Positions 1 to 12,500 of a stretch of DNA of 64,000 nt are shown here, piece by piece; within the stretch, counting starts at the first letter, position 1; each line of letters starts with the position of its first letter. The notes under the pieces were generated by a model, which was not told the DNA's origin, ran no database searches, and saw only the letters and a program-made list of their open reading frames with translations. The stretch lies in the NCBI GenBank assembly GCA_965113315.1, contig OZ220368.1. One strand, given 5' to 3'. This DNA comes from Podarcis vaucheri (lineage: Eukaryota). A program made the position numbers and the translations under genes.

Positions 1-640
1 CTTTTGCATCTGACCACCCTGCTTTCCATAGTTAACCGTCCAGTAGCTCCAAGCATCTACCTCTCCATCGCTCAGTGCGCCATATTGGTTTCCACCCCCT
101 GGGAGATGCAGCCATCAACCTCAGCCTTCATTTCACAGTGATTGTCATGGATAATGTAGGCAGAGGGAGGGACCAGCCTGCTGCTCAATCTCATGGTGTC
201 AGTCCTGAGGCCAGAAGGAGAAATGTGGAAAGAGAAGGCCATCCATCATCCAGCCTCCAGGGCTTCAATCAAGGGAAGGTGCAGAGGCAGCACTCGACTC
301 TGTCATGGGGGCAGCAAAAACACTGACAGATGGGGCAGGCCACTGAGGAAGGTCACCTGGAACTGTCACAACTTCTAATCACAATCAAATGCACCACCCC
401 CACCCCCAAGCCACAGAGAAAAAGGCTGCGTGGTAATCTAACAACCAATGTAAATAGCAAAGAGGCTTGTTGTGGCACCTAACAAATCTATTGTGGAATG
501 TATGCTTTCATGAAGTGTTATCCTGAGTTGTGTGCTTTGCCCAGACCCCACTGAATGGGCTGGAGAAAGCATTTTTTGAGAAGGATGAATAAGTATTCCT
601 TATCAGGGCCATGGTCACTAATTATAGCATGTAACTAGAG

Positions 641-962
641 TAGAGGTCCGCAACCCTTTTGGTTGCAGAATCCACATTTGGAGATCTAGAAAACTTTAGG
701 AGGCACCAGAGACTACCCATTTCACAGAAGAAAAACTGATGATGCTCTGAACCCTTCCCGAGGAGGCAAAACGCCTATCCTCTCCAACAAATAAAACACG
801 GATAAAAAAAGCAACCATCACAATAGTCCCCTACCAAACAGAAGAAAAGCTCTCAATTAAAATAAAAATATAAAAATGCAGGGGAGCAAAGGCACTTGGT
901 GGGTGGTAAAGAGGATGCTAGAGTGTGCTCTGGTGCCCAAATATGCCACATTGGAGACCCTA
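641..962. mobile_element. Degenerate hAT-like DNA transposon
   Basis: tagaggtccgcaacc ... ttggagacccta TIR-like ends. Confidence 0.4.
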
Positions 963-1782
963 GAAATAGAGTTGGATTGGTGCCTTATGCCCTTGTCATC
1001 TTGGTTTATTTTTATTTTTTAAAAACTATGGAAGAAAAGATAACCTAGCTACTACAGTCATAGAAGAGTGTTGTTACAGTTTGCCTGTGTTTGATAGCTT
1101 TGCAGGGATCACCTTTGATATAAGAACATCAAAACCACCTGCAACAGTAGGGGCATTTGTTTCAGCATGGGCAAAACCTTTTGACTTTCTTTAGCCAAGG
1201 CAGCTATTTTGCTGTCATTCGTTTTGATCAGCTTGGAGCACACAGTGGGTTCCTCTGTAGGACATTGTACGATCTAGCTAACAAGACTTAAAAAATAAAA
1301 GGTGCAGCAGCTAACAAGGAACTGTTGCACACAGCTTAGCTGTGATATGGATGTCTCCAAAGACTCCATGGTATGGCAAGACCTATCAATGTGCAGAACA
1401 AGTTTTGGAACATTTCTATTGTACCCCTTGCTGCTAACTGAGGCAAGGCACAATTCTGGGTCTCTGATAGCTTTCCTTAGGCCATTTAGACCGTAACTCA
1501 CTGCTGTTAGAGGCTGGAGAATATGAATTCAGATCCTCTAATTCATAGCAGTGATTACTTCTTTCCTGCAGGCAGTAGGGATCCAGGGACAATTCTAAAG
1601 CTTACAAGAAGTAAGGGCAGTCTGCTGTGAGAGAAGGACAATCCAGAACTTAGCAGGGTTAGGTCATGTAATTTGAGCACTGCTCTGTCTCTCTTCCAGA
1701 TTGATTTATTATTAGAGGTTTTTGCAGTACCGAGTTTATCCAAGCAAGGTGCAAGAAGCTGGGTCAGTTCGAAATAGCTATG

Positions 1783-1796
1783 GTGCCATCTGCTGG
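1783..1796 (-). promoter_or_regulatory. Candidate CTCF site
   Basis: CCAGCAGATGGCAC matches the CCASYAGRKGGCRS core. Confidence 0.45.
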
Positions 1797-2444
1797 CTGC
1801 AAGGTGTAAATTCCTAATTCACTTGTATGCAGCCCACTATTTCAGCTTTCAGGCCATTCATTGGAAAATACAACTGGACTTTAAATTATTGAATACGTAT
1901 GCTCACAGCAATGCAACAGCCAACAGCCGTGAAATCTGTTAGCAGCACCACTAAGAGCCATGGCTAGGCACGTTAGAGGGTGGATTCAAACTTCATAAAG
2001 CACATGCGTTAGCACCTATGCTTGCTGCCCTGAACCCCCTAGAATGTGAGTTTACATGCCAAAGTGTGTAGGCGTGAGGAATACACCACCGGGAGTTTAG
2101 CTGACTGTAGCTCATTGGCACATATTTATGGGTTAGGCGAGTCTGCCGCATAAAGTGTGAATTGGTCTGCTGTGAGCAGTTCCGTCAGTGGAAGCCCCAG
2201 CACAAATAATTCTGCTTGTGCAATGAGAAATTCTCCACATGCCCTGCAGCCTCAAAAATTGGCTTGGGGTGTTGGTGTCAGAAGAAAACCCCAGAACAGT
2301 GTTTGGGGGAGGGGGTATTGCTCCATCTGGGAAGCTGGAATGCTTCCACCGATGCATTGGTTGGAAGAGCACAATGTTGAATTCCATCCAACATCAACAA
2401 ACACAGATTCTGCATTAAGAAAACCACAAACAGGCTAAATCATT

Positions 2445-2468
2445 GTGTGTGTGTGTGTGTGTGTGTGT
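2445..2468. repeat. (TG)n microsatellite
   Basis: Seen directly. Confidence 0.9.
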
Positions 2469-3258
2469 TGCAACTTCTATTTATTTATTTGCAGAAATGA
2501 AAATGCTCTGGCAAGGAGAGTCGGTTCTAAGGCGCTTAGAACCCCTGAGCCTCAGGATGTGCAAAACAGTCCATTTCAGTATCTCATTACTCCAGCCTCC
2601 ACATGGCCACATCAGTTTGCAGTTCTTTTTGAAAGAAAAGGTCCTCATGAAAAGTTAGCAGTATTTCAGTATTGTTAGCATTTCTCCCAATAGTCTTATT
2701 TTTATGCAACTTCTTCTAATGCATATACTTTTGCAAAGCAGTTTCCCCTAATATAAGGCATTTAAAATATTAGTTTCACTAATATTTCAATTTTATGCAC
2801 ACAACCTTAAGGTACAGGTTACTCGCCTGGAGAACTGCATTGTAGAATTCAGAGGCTGGGGAAGGTTTCAAAAATGCATCCAATAGGCTTCAGAATGTAC
2901 ATACCTTTTCAGTGCTTCAAAGCAGTTCTTTGGCGTCTTCCCCACTTTGGTTGAGATGGTTTGGGGCCTCAGTCGCTACAGATTCCAAAGTGGCCCAAAC
3001 ATCTCTGAAATGAGCCTCTTTGGTTTGGATTCATGCTTTGCCCAAAGTGAACAAAGAGCCCTAATGATTTTTGCCCTATTGTCAATGTGCTTGGAATGCC
3101 AACGTGTATTTTCAGTTAATGGGGGCAGATGAGAAAAGTCCCCATCAAAGGGCCCTGACACTCCTCAGCAGTTCTTAAAATACTCCCAAGTAGCTTATCT
3201 GGAATTCAGAATGTGGAAAGACTTGTAGCAGTACCATTCCTTTGGTGAACTCTAATAA

Positions 3259-3372
3259 GTTGGTAGAGAGGGTCTTGGGTTCGAGACCCAGGTTGCGTGA
3301 AAGATTCCTGCATTTGCAGGGGTTGGACTAAATGACCCTGATGGTCCCTTTCAACTCTTTGATTCTATGATT
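3259..3372 (+). mobile_element. tRNA-derived SINE with CR1-type tail, internally deleted
   Basis: Same family as 51462: ggttcgagaccc...ggggttggactaaatgaccc...gattctatgatt. Confidence 0.65.
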
Positions 3373-3994
3373 TTATCACATATATCTTTCAGGAATAAAA
3401 TCAGAATGGCTGTATTCTGCTGTGTCTGAGGCTGCAATCCTTAACACAGCTCATGGGAGCAAGGTGCATTGCACACAATGAAACTTCCTTCCAAACAAAC
3501 ATGTGTTGGGCTGCAGTGCAGTTTATGATAGAGATGTTGATCTTTCCCCACTTCCAGTTCCCTCTTGCTCTTGTTAATCATCTCATTACTTTCGTTATTC
3601 ATTTCTTACAGGCATTGTGTCTTTTTTTGTTTCTTTTACATTTTGTTGTCATTGCTGCAGCTGCCTGAAGGAGGCGCTGGAAGCGGCTCTGCTGGCCCTA
3701 AACAAAAGAAGCAGCTCCCACCCCCCCACACCATTGAAAGGATGATGAACAGGTACCAGTGGAGTAACAAGAACCCTATTCATACCCACCGATTATTCCC
3801 GCCGCTCCTTCTGTAATTAATGAAATTGCACTAAATGGTTCCATCTAGTTCGCGTCTCATTTGTTGTGAAATGAATGCACAGCCCTAAATTGCAACTGAC
3901 CCAGTTTCATAGGAGTTATGACAATTATATTTGTGTGGTGGGTGAGACATATCAGGTGCACATAGCAGAAGAAACACAAAACTTTCCCTAGGTT

Positions 3995-4070
3995 GTCCAA
4001 TATGTATATATACCACATTTAACTTCTCTGGTGATTATCAAAGCGGCTGGCATATAAAACCTAATGCCAC

Positions 4071-4115
<45 letters not shown>

Positions 4116-4400
4116 TCCAATTTTGAAAACTGATTCAGCTGGGGAATATAAAGGCAATACTGGGGGAGATCAGGAAAATAACTGGGTAAACAAGTGTATT
4201 TTTAACTTCCAGTGGAAGTCATCCAACATCGTTACTTCTGTGGGGAAATCATTCCACAAGGTAGATGCCATCACCCTCAGATACGTCCACCTGTGCAATG
4301 CATTGTATTCAGCAGAGCTTCCCAATAAGATTGCAGTTGTCTCATCAAAACAGGCCCCCATCCCCACTCCAAGATCATGGTGATGGTACATCTCAACTTT
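3995..4400 (-). mobile_element. L2-type LINE 3' fragment with embedded (TAA)n
   Basis: LWNDFP...LKIHLF peptide (ORF 4170..4391) and agccgctttga...tggtatata tail. Confidence 0.6.
4071..4114. repeat. (TAA)n microsatellite
   Basis: Seen directly. Confidence 0.92.
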
Positions 4401-4954
4401 TGTCTGTTAAAATCAGCTGTCATCAGTGATTTCAACAATTGGTGGAACTGCAATTTTGTTCTACTTCTGCATCTGTACCAACATCCATTTAAGTGTAGTG
4501 ACCTTGAGAATCCCTTACTCCCCACTGGTTTTTTTGGGAGCCAGCAAGCAATTGTTTGATAAAATATTCCTCTAGCAACCATCACATCCTGAGCTCTAGC
4601 CAAATTCTACTATTGGGTTAGACTCTCCCCATTGGCAAACGGCTTCCCTTGGAATCAATGCTGTCATTGATGAGTCCTGTCAGATGTCATGAGTTTGTGC
4701 TAACAAGCAAAGTGACCAATGAGCAGGAAATAAAGAGCTGGTGCGGAGCTGACACACTTTCTTCAGTGAATAGACCAAATCACTCAGAACAATACACACC
4801 AAAATGCACTAAATGGTCCGATAATGGAGACTAATCAATCACCCACATCCTAGTCAATGTGAAGAGGCAGGCTACAGTGATGAGAGTCTTTTAACCAACA
4901 TTCATCTGATAGTCTGGTGCTGGTCTGGGCAGCGGTTGGTTTCACAGGAAACAG

Positions 4955-5772
4955 AGTAAGCTTAGAAAGGTTCCACCACCTTCCAAGGAAGTTCATTCCA
5001 CTTTTGTCAAACAGCTCTTACTGTCAGAACGTCAGTCAGTATCTTTTTTGTGTGTAACTTGAATCCATTGGTTTAGGTCCTACCCTCTGGAGCAGGAGAA
5101 AACAAGTTTGCTCCATCTTCCATGTAATAGCCCTTTAGATTTCTAAAGATGGCTATCATGTCTCCTCTAAGCCTTCTCTTATCCAGATTTAACATACCTA
5201 GTTCCCTCAAACATTCTTCATATGGCTCCGTTTCCAGACTCTTGCTCATCTTGGTCATTCTCCTTTGCACATGTTCCAGCTTGTCAATATCCTTCTTAAA
5301 CTGTGGTGTCCAGAATTGGACACAGGACTCCAGGTGTTGTCTGACCAAGGCAGAATAGAGTGGTATTATGACTTCCCTTTATCAGGACACTATACTTCTG
5401 TTGATGCAGCCAGGAAGATCATTGACCTTTTTTTGCTGCTGCATCACACTGTTGACTCATGTTAAGCTTGTGGTCTACTAAGACCCCTAGATCCTTTCCC
5501 CATATACTACTGGCAAGCCAAGTGTCCCCCATTGGTGCAAGTGGTTCTTCCTGCCTAAGTGTAGAACCTTACATTCACTCTGTTAGTTTTGGCCCAGCTC
5601 TCCAACCTGTTAAGGCCATATTGATTACCAATTCTGTGGCCTTATCTACCCCTCCATGTTTGGTGTCATCTGCAGATATGTTGAACATCCCTTCATTCCA
5701 CTATCCAAGTCATTTATAAATATGTTGAACAATGGGTCCAAGACATAACAGTGTTGCACCCCACTTGCCACT
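4955..5772 (-). mobile_element. CR1 LINE fragment (ORF2 C-terminal region)
   Basis: ORF 5073..5348 [30 protein letters not shown]...RRLRGDMI is typical CR1 ORF2. Confidence 0.9.
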
Positions 5773-7036
5773 TTATATTATATATGATAAAAAGGTGTGG
5801 TGTAGTGGTTAGCATGTTTGAGTATGATTGGGAAGACCTGTTTATGTTACTCATGTAGCGTGATTACAATCATAGTTACCTGGGAATAAGCTCCACTGAA
5901 CTCAGAGGTGCTTGCTTCTGAGAGCACAGTTTCAATTTGTAAACCAACCTATTGAGCTTTAACAACAACAAAACCTCCAGCCAGCTGAAATGAAAGCTTT
6001 AGGTTTAATTTGAAATGCAAATTTGCAAAAGAAGTGTTGGTGTGAAGTAGGAACTGCATCAAACAAAAGACGAAGATGTATCCAGCCTCCTCATTTTTTT
6101 CTAATTCTTTCCCTATGCTAGGGGTGGAGGAACTGACCCCTAAATCCAACTATTGTTGGATTCTACCTCTCATCACCCCCAACTAGCATGGTCAATGGTC
6201 ACAGATAAGGGGAACTGCACTCCAGCAACATCTGAAGGGCTAGTGATTCTGCACCCCAGCTCCATGCTAATCTGATAAAACATAGTAGAAAAAATTGACA
6301 GCCTCATTATCACTCAATTCGCTTGCCTAAGGCAAGGAGGGTCTGCCGATTATGCTGGTCCTCCAGCAGAAGATGTCGCCATGGCTGTTCTGAAACAAGT
6401 CTGAGAACTGCATTTTCCCCTAGTGCCATTTCTGCTTTGCTAAAGCACTGATTACAGGGCAGCATTTGGATTACAGAACAGAAGAAGGTAATGGGATGAA
6501 GACAGACACATAGCCACACACAATCAGCCCCTAGGCAACCGCAACTAGTAAGGGAACCAGAAATTAGCTCCAGGTTAAAAAGAACCAGGTTGTCCTTGAA
6601 TTGTACCACTTCCAGACACAAGGTGGGAAACTATGGTGCTGGATGCTCTTCATAAATCTCCATGGAAAACTAGTGTCTCAGTTTCTAGTCTTATCTTCTC
6701 CTGGCCGTGCTACTTACCTATGTGCATGTAGATGGTAGGGAGCCATTATGCATATACTGCCCCCCCCGCCCCCCATTTTGAAATGGTACAAGCCCAGGTG
6801 GGCAGCACCCTGAGATCCCTTGTGCCACATGATTCCATCGTGTTGATCAAAGGGAGAGGACTCTGGTTCTTGTCAGCATTCTTCCAAACAGAGAGGATCA
6901 ACATTCAGGCAACACAGGAGATCACTTTATTTAAACTTCAAATGGTGTTATGACAGACTGACAGACCCAGAAGGAACATGCTGCATGGAATGAGCAGCTT
7001 AGTAGAGACAGATGAGTTGGTGAAGAGGGCTGTTAC

Positions 7037-7082
7037 TTTACTTTGTTGATGATTTTTAATTAATTTATTTTTAATTTTTATT
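7037..7082 (-). terminator. Distal poly(A) signal cluster
   Basis: AATAAA (7064-7069, 7077-7082), ATTAAA (7055-7060, 7070-7075), AGTAAA (7037-7042), with upstream TGTA elements. Confidence 0.5.
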
Positions 7083-8167
7083 TTGCTTTTAAAGCCTTTT
7101 CCTGGCTTCTTTTCTTTTTTTAAAACCACAAGTACAAATGGTCTATGTTGGAAACAGTCCAGATGGCAGTTGTTCCCCGTGATTGTTTCCGCAGCTATGT
7201 ACAACATCTGGAATTTTTGATTTCAATTTTGTCTACATCAGGTATAAAACAGATTGCAGGTTTACAAAGAACTGTTTCCGCAAAAGAAAGAGACCAAAAC
7301 AAAAGGCGAGAGACAGAGAGAAAGAGAAAGAAGGTAGCATAGAAACTGGGACCAAAAAATCTTCCGAGAAATTTAAAAAGTGCTATAAAACCCCCTGGAA
7401 GGAACACCATGCATTTAAGAAACACAGAATCCGTCAAGTACACAGCTCTTCTAAAACAGGAATTCTTTCACTTTTTAATTTTTTTAAAAAATGCATTTTT
7501 AATTAGAAAAAAGCTAAAATTGTAAGGTTTGGGCCACCAGTCAGCAGTAGCTTATGAGCCAAGGAGACCCTAGACTTTGGTGCTATCCCAGCTTCACCCC
7601 GAGCCAAGACCTTCGAGACTTGGCAAAAGCAGAAGGGTGACACGTCTTTGGCAGGGACGACGGGGAAGGGATGCTACGTTTGCCGATGGATTGATGAATT
7701 AGTGCAATTATCAGTGTTCCAGCAACCTCCTTCTAGCTTTCCATGGGACTGAAACCCCCAGCTACTTAGCACCAACGCCCCTGGGAAGGAGCCACTAGGG
7801 ACCATCCAGCTTTGCCCTTTGGAGTTTCATGATCAGATGGATGAAATTCCCAATTTCCCCATTTTATTTCGTTTTTTGCAATATAAGGTTGAAGCTGGAA
7901 TAGCATTAAAGTCTGGCCTCTTCTCTCTCCCTCTTCATTTGCTGCTGAGTAGCATGCAAGACATCCACTCCAACCCTTGGTTTTTGGCATCCATCCCATT
8001 GTTCTTTGTGCAATTTACTCTCAGCGCTGCTGCTGGGTCTCCTCTGCTCTTGCCCAGTAAAAGACTTGCTTCTATCTGGATACTAGACTGCAAAAGGGGT
8101 GTGTGGAATGAGGGAACCTGGGTTTCTCTGCATTTGAAACCACAAGGTCCTGTAGCTGAGAACAAGT

Positions 8168-8302
8168 GCCACAGCTCAGATAGCGGGATGTCAGCTAGGC
8201 ATTCTAGGCACAGAGAAAGATCTCCATGCGAAACCTGGAAATCTGCTGACAGTCAGAGTAAACTGCACTAGAGCAGATGGACCAAGGCAACTTCCTGTGT
8301 TT
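8168..8302 (+). mobile_element. Squam3-like SINE fragment
   Basis: gaaacctggaaatctgctgacagtcagagta...gatggaccaaggcaacttcctgtgtt. Confidence 0.55.
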
Positions 8303-9379
8303 ATGACCAGCTGAAATCCATTAGAGACAACCCCTGGTTTTTGGCAACAACCACGGGCTCCAGCTCCTGCATGCTTCCTTTTAATCTTTTCAGGTTTATC
8401 AAGGAATTGTTCTTGGCTTCAGTCATTTACAGTGCTAGCTTCAGGGTTCTTCCAGATGGGTGATTATTGTGGGATGGGTGCTCCTCATGCATGGGTATTT
8501 TCTGCAGCATCCATGACTCACTAGCCTCTATATGTCTGTCCTTATTTCACACACACCCTTTAATCCAGATTTACCCTTCCCAGCGGAAATCTAGTAAGTT
8601 ATAATAACCTGTTGTGAGCAACCCATTTGGAATGTCTGTATGACTTGGTCACAATGCCAAGTCCCTAGCTGGAAGCATTCTCAGTTATAATTTCTAATCA
8701 GACTAAAATCATTCCTCAGCTTGCTTTCATTTTGTGGGGCAAGTAGTGTTTAGAGGGCACATGTTTTTTTATGTTGGTTGGCCAGCTCACTCAACTAAGG
8801 AACGAAGCTAAGGCCTATGCCACCATGTTAATACACTTACCAGAGACAGGTTGATAGGCTGATGCTGATTCTTTCTCCCTCCTCCCTGGTTCCACTCTCC
8901 TCTCCATTTTGGATATCCACTTAAATGTTTGAGTTCTGTTACTGCCATATTGTGTTTTCTACTACAAACATACTTGCATTGCAACGACGTTTACTCAGAA
9001 GTAAATTCCACCAACTGAAATGAGATTCTCAAGTGATGTATGTACACCAGTTGCAGCCTTAGCCATAAGCCAATGATCACAAAGATCACATAATAAACTT
9101 GCAGAGAGGAGTCTTATAAGGCACCCTCCTTTACAGGCTTGTTGTTGCTCAAACACTTTTGAGTTTGGAAGGTGCAGTAAAGGGAATAGTGGATAACAGG
9201 TTACAATTGACAAGCCAGAGGCAAGGTGGACAGGGAAGGGCAAATGGTTGTAGGATCTCTATAATCCTATCTGGGCAGGTAAAAGCCTGGAGGGTACTCC
9301 TGAACCCAGAACTGCTTCTTGAGAAGCAGGTTAGAGTTATCCCCCCATCTTTGGCTCAGAAGAAACATTTTCATTTTCT

Positions 9380-9582
9380 GGACATGTCACACCTTGCCGT
9401 GCTGATCCATGCTTCTGCAACTTGGTTTATTACAGCAATGCCGCTCTATGTTGGGTTGCCCTTGAAGATGACACAGAAGCTTCAATTGGTGCGGATTCCT
9501 GCGGCAGATCTCCTAATGGGTGTTGGGAGGCTGCACTGCTTGCCAATTTGCTTCCAGACCCAATTCAAGGTGCTGGTTTTAA
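9380..9582 (+). mobile_element. L2-type LINE fragment
   Basis: LYVGLPLKMTQKLQLV...LHCLPICFQTQFKVLVL peptide remnant. Confidence 0.65.
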
Positions 9583-12500
9583 AAGTTAAATGTGAATGCA
9601 GTCTCTCGCTCTGTTTAAGCCGGGTGGGTGCTGATTTCTATGCAGCAGACATTACTGTCTGTGCCACCTCTGCATGAGATTTGGACGATGAGTCACAAGC
9701 CAGGCCTTCACAGCAGTTTCCCCTGCTCTTATTCTTTGAATTCATTCCTGAAAGAAAAGGTTTCTGACAGAGTGCAAGACACACCTTTTCTGGCAGGATT
9801 TTGGTTGACAATATTGTTTACAATGCTTTTGTAACTATTGCCAGAAGGGTAGCCTTGTTTTTATTTTATTTTTTTGGGGGGGAGGGTTGTGGCACCTTAA
9901 AAATGAACAATATTTTTTGGACAGCCTGTTAATATTCTAAAACTGCATCTTTTCAAAAAAGCAGGCACTTTAATAAATTTTAAAATTCTGCTCTCTGAGA
10001 CTTGCAACCAATGGGCCTGTCTGTATTTGTAATAGCAATGATGGAAATAAGGTCCTATTTACTCCAGTGAAAGCCCACCCTTTTGCCTTCCACATTACAG
10101 AGCAGAGTTCATCATGGTGGAAGTCATGAGACGCTCAAAGCTTGGAGATACTTTGTGAGCTGTGTGAATGGAATATGTGTTGCAGAGTCATGTGCATTTT
10201 GCCTAGAACCATCAAAAAGACATTTCAGCATGAAGAGAAACAAAAATTTCTGGCTACAAAAATGCTCCCAACACAACTGGCTTAAAACCTCTTTTTGGAT
10301 AGAAATGATCTGGTTCAAAAAAATTATGTTTTTGACTTCATTTTGGAATGACAAACTGGTCTTAGGAATCGTGACCAGGTCACAATTTGGAAGATTTGTC
10401 CAGGATACAGCCTCATGGTGGAAGTGCTCCTAAGATTAGCCTGAATCCTAAACATACTTTCTGGGAATCAAGCTCTCCTCCCATGCCCCAATGCAGCAGC
10501 AGTTACTTCTGAGCAAATATGCATCAAGTTGCACTGTAATACATCTGATACATCTGGGAAGAAAAAATATAATAATGGGTTGAACTCAATACATAAAAGT
10601 GTAGGTTTAATTAATGATGTGGCTCATAGGCAGGGTAGGAGACAGATAAGATGTGAATTTAAGATGGCTGCCTTGCCCTACTAGGAGCAATGACTGGTCA
10701 TGTTTTAGCCATCTGAAGCATGTACAAAGTTATTTTTTTCATTTTAAACAAAAGTTCAAACTCAACAGGGTTATTTCAAATCGTCATATACTTAAAATGT
10801 GCAAAGTTGTGGCGTTCCTATCCTCTACCTAACAACATCCTGCAATGTACTTAGTGTTATTAACAATTCAATGTGATAAACTAAACCACCCAGTCTCTGA
10901 AGGTTTCACAGAGCATAAGCCAAAACATACAAAAGCAGAAAGCAAGAACTAAATGGGGATGGGAAAGTCCTGGATATTTAGTGTCCATCCCCAATTCATT
11001 GTGAATTAACCTGATTCCAGCAGGACCTCCCACTCAATATCCTAGCCTGCTTATAGGGATCAAGACCTACCACTTCATCCTGCTCAACTATAACTGATTG
11101 GCAGAGCTCTTCTGCTCTGCAAAAACTGTTACGATAGCACCAGTACAAAGAGAGAGAGTGGCTAAGAAGAAAACACTGAGCTGTCTAATCTTATTGTGAT
11201 AGCCTTACTTGATTGGACTCTGCAACTTTGTGAAAAGTATTGAGCAAATGCAGAGTGAGCAGCGAGAGAGATGAGGGAGGCCAACTCCTATTATTAGAAG
11301 GCATTTTGTTCCCACCCTGTCCCACTGGCCCATTGCAACTGCTGGGAGGTGTACATCATACAATCAGAAATGAGTCAGCACAGCACAGTTACTCACACGT
11401 AGTACAAAAAAGAAAAGAAAAAACTCCAGCATGACGCTTCACAGACACAGGGCCCAGCCCCCATGGCTGGTCCCCCAGATTCATTCAGGCCATTCAGTTA
11501 CAGGTTATTTACAGTATATTCTTATCCTACAAGAGCAAAACAACCAAAGAAAAAAGGCAAATGAGGAACTTTTGTGCCAAAGCCGACACGAGGCCTGGCA
11601 TCTTGTACATCACTGTGCAAAATAGCCCCAATACAACAGGGTGTTTGAGGGGTTGGGTGCTCAGCGAGAAAATTGCAGTTTCAAGGAAACCCAGCAAGGA
11701 GGAAGAGGAACAGCGTGGGAAAGGAGGAGGGAGAGAGAGAGAGAGAGAGAGCACCAAAACATGAAGACAAGGCTGATCCTGACTGGACAGAGGGCAGAGA
11801 AACCGACCAGGCTGTGCACGTCGTCCTACCTCTGGCTGGCTTAATGCAAATTCTGTTAGCTCTTTATGGCACACTTACTTCAGCGTAAGTCACATTTAAC
11901 TCAGTGGGACTTGCATCTGAGTAAGCATGCATGCACAAAATCAGGTTGCAAAGGTACCTCTGAATTGCTGAGATTTGGGGGCCAGATTGCTAGTGGCTCG
12001 GTCTTAAATGATTTATGAACTTACACTGGCAGGTCTCTTTGTAACTTTGGTTAGACCAGAGTGATGTGTAAACTCAATGAGGGCAGGAGTATAAAAATGG
12101 GACGTGAAGGAATAGACACTTCAGTGCATGGAAGAACTGGAAACCACTCTTTGCTAGTTACTGTGGTCGTTGATAAGTGCAGCTGGGTTCTGCTTGGAAA
12201 CTCTTGTTAACAGCTACAATTGCAATGCATGCCAGGTTATGATGGTCCTTCATGTTTTCTAGAGAAAGTAGCAGCATCTAAGCAGACACCTACATGCCAA
12301 AGTCCTGATCCTTACCACAACTGGTAAGCAATAAATGACCACTCTTTAGGGGGAAAGGTAAACTCTGCAATTAAGTACTAAAATGAAAGAGGTTCATGAA
12401 TTGAGAATTATTTCAGCTGTAGCTCTTACAGAATTTCTGTGAATTTAGTATTGCATATGAATAGTACTGCAATACAAGAAATCCCCCATTTATCCTTCTG

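Noticed and set aside
1-7000. IPO9, the mammalian downstream neighbour of NAV1
   Set aside because: No CpG-island promoter or importin-like exons recognisable in this interval
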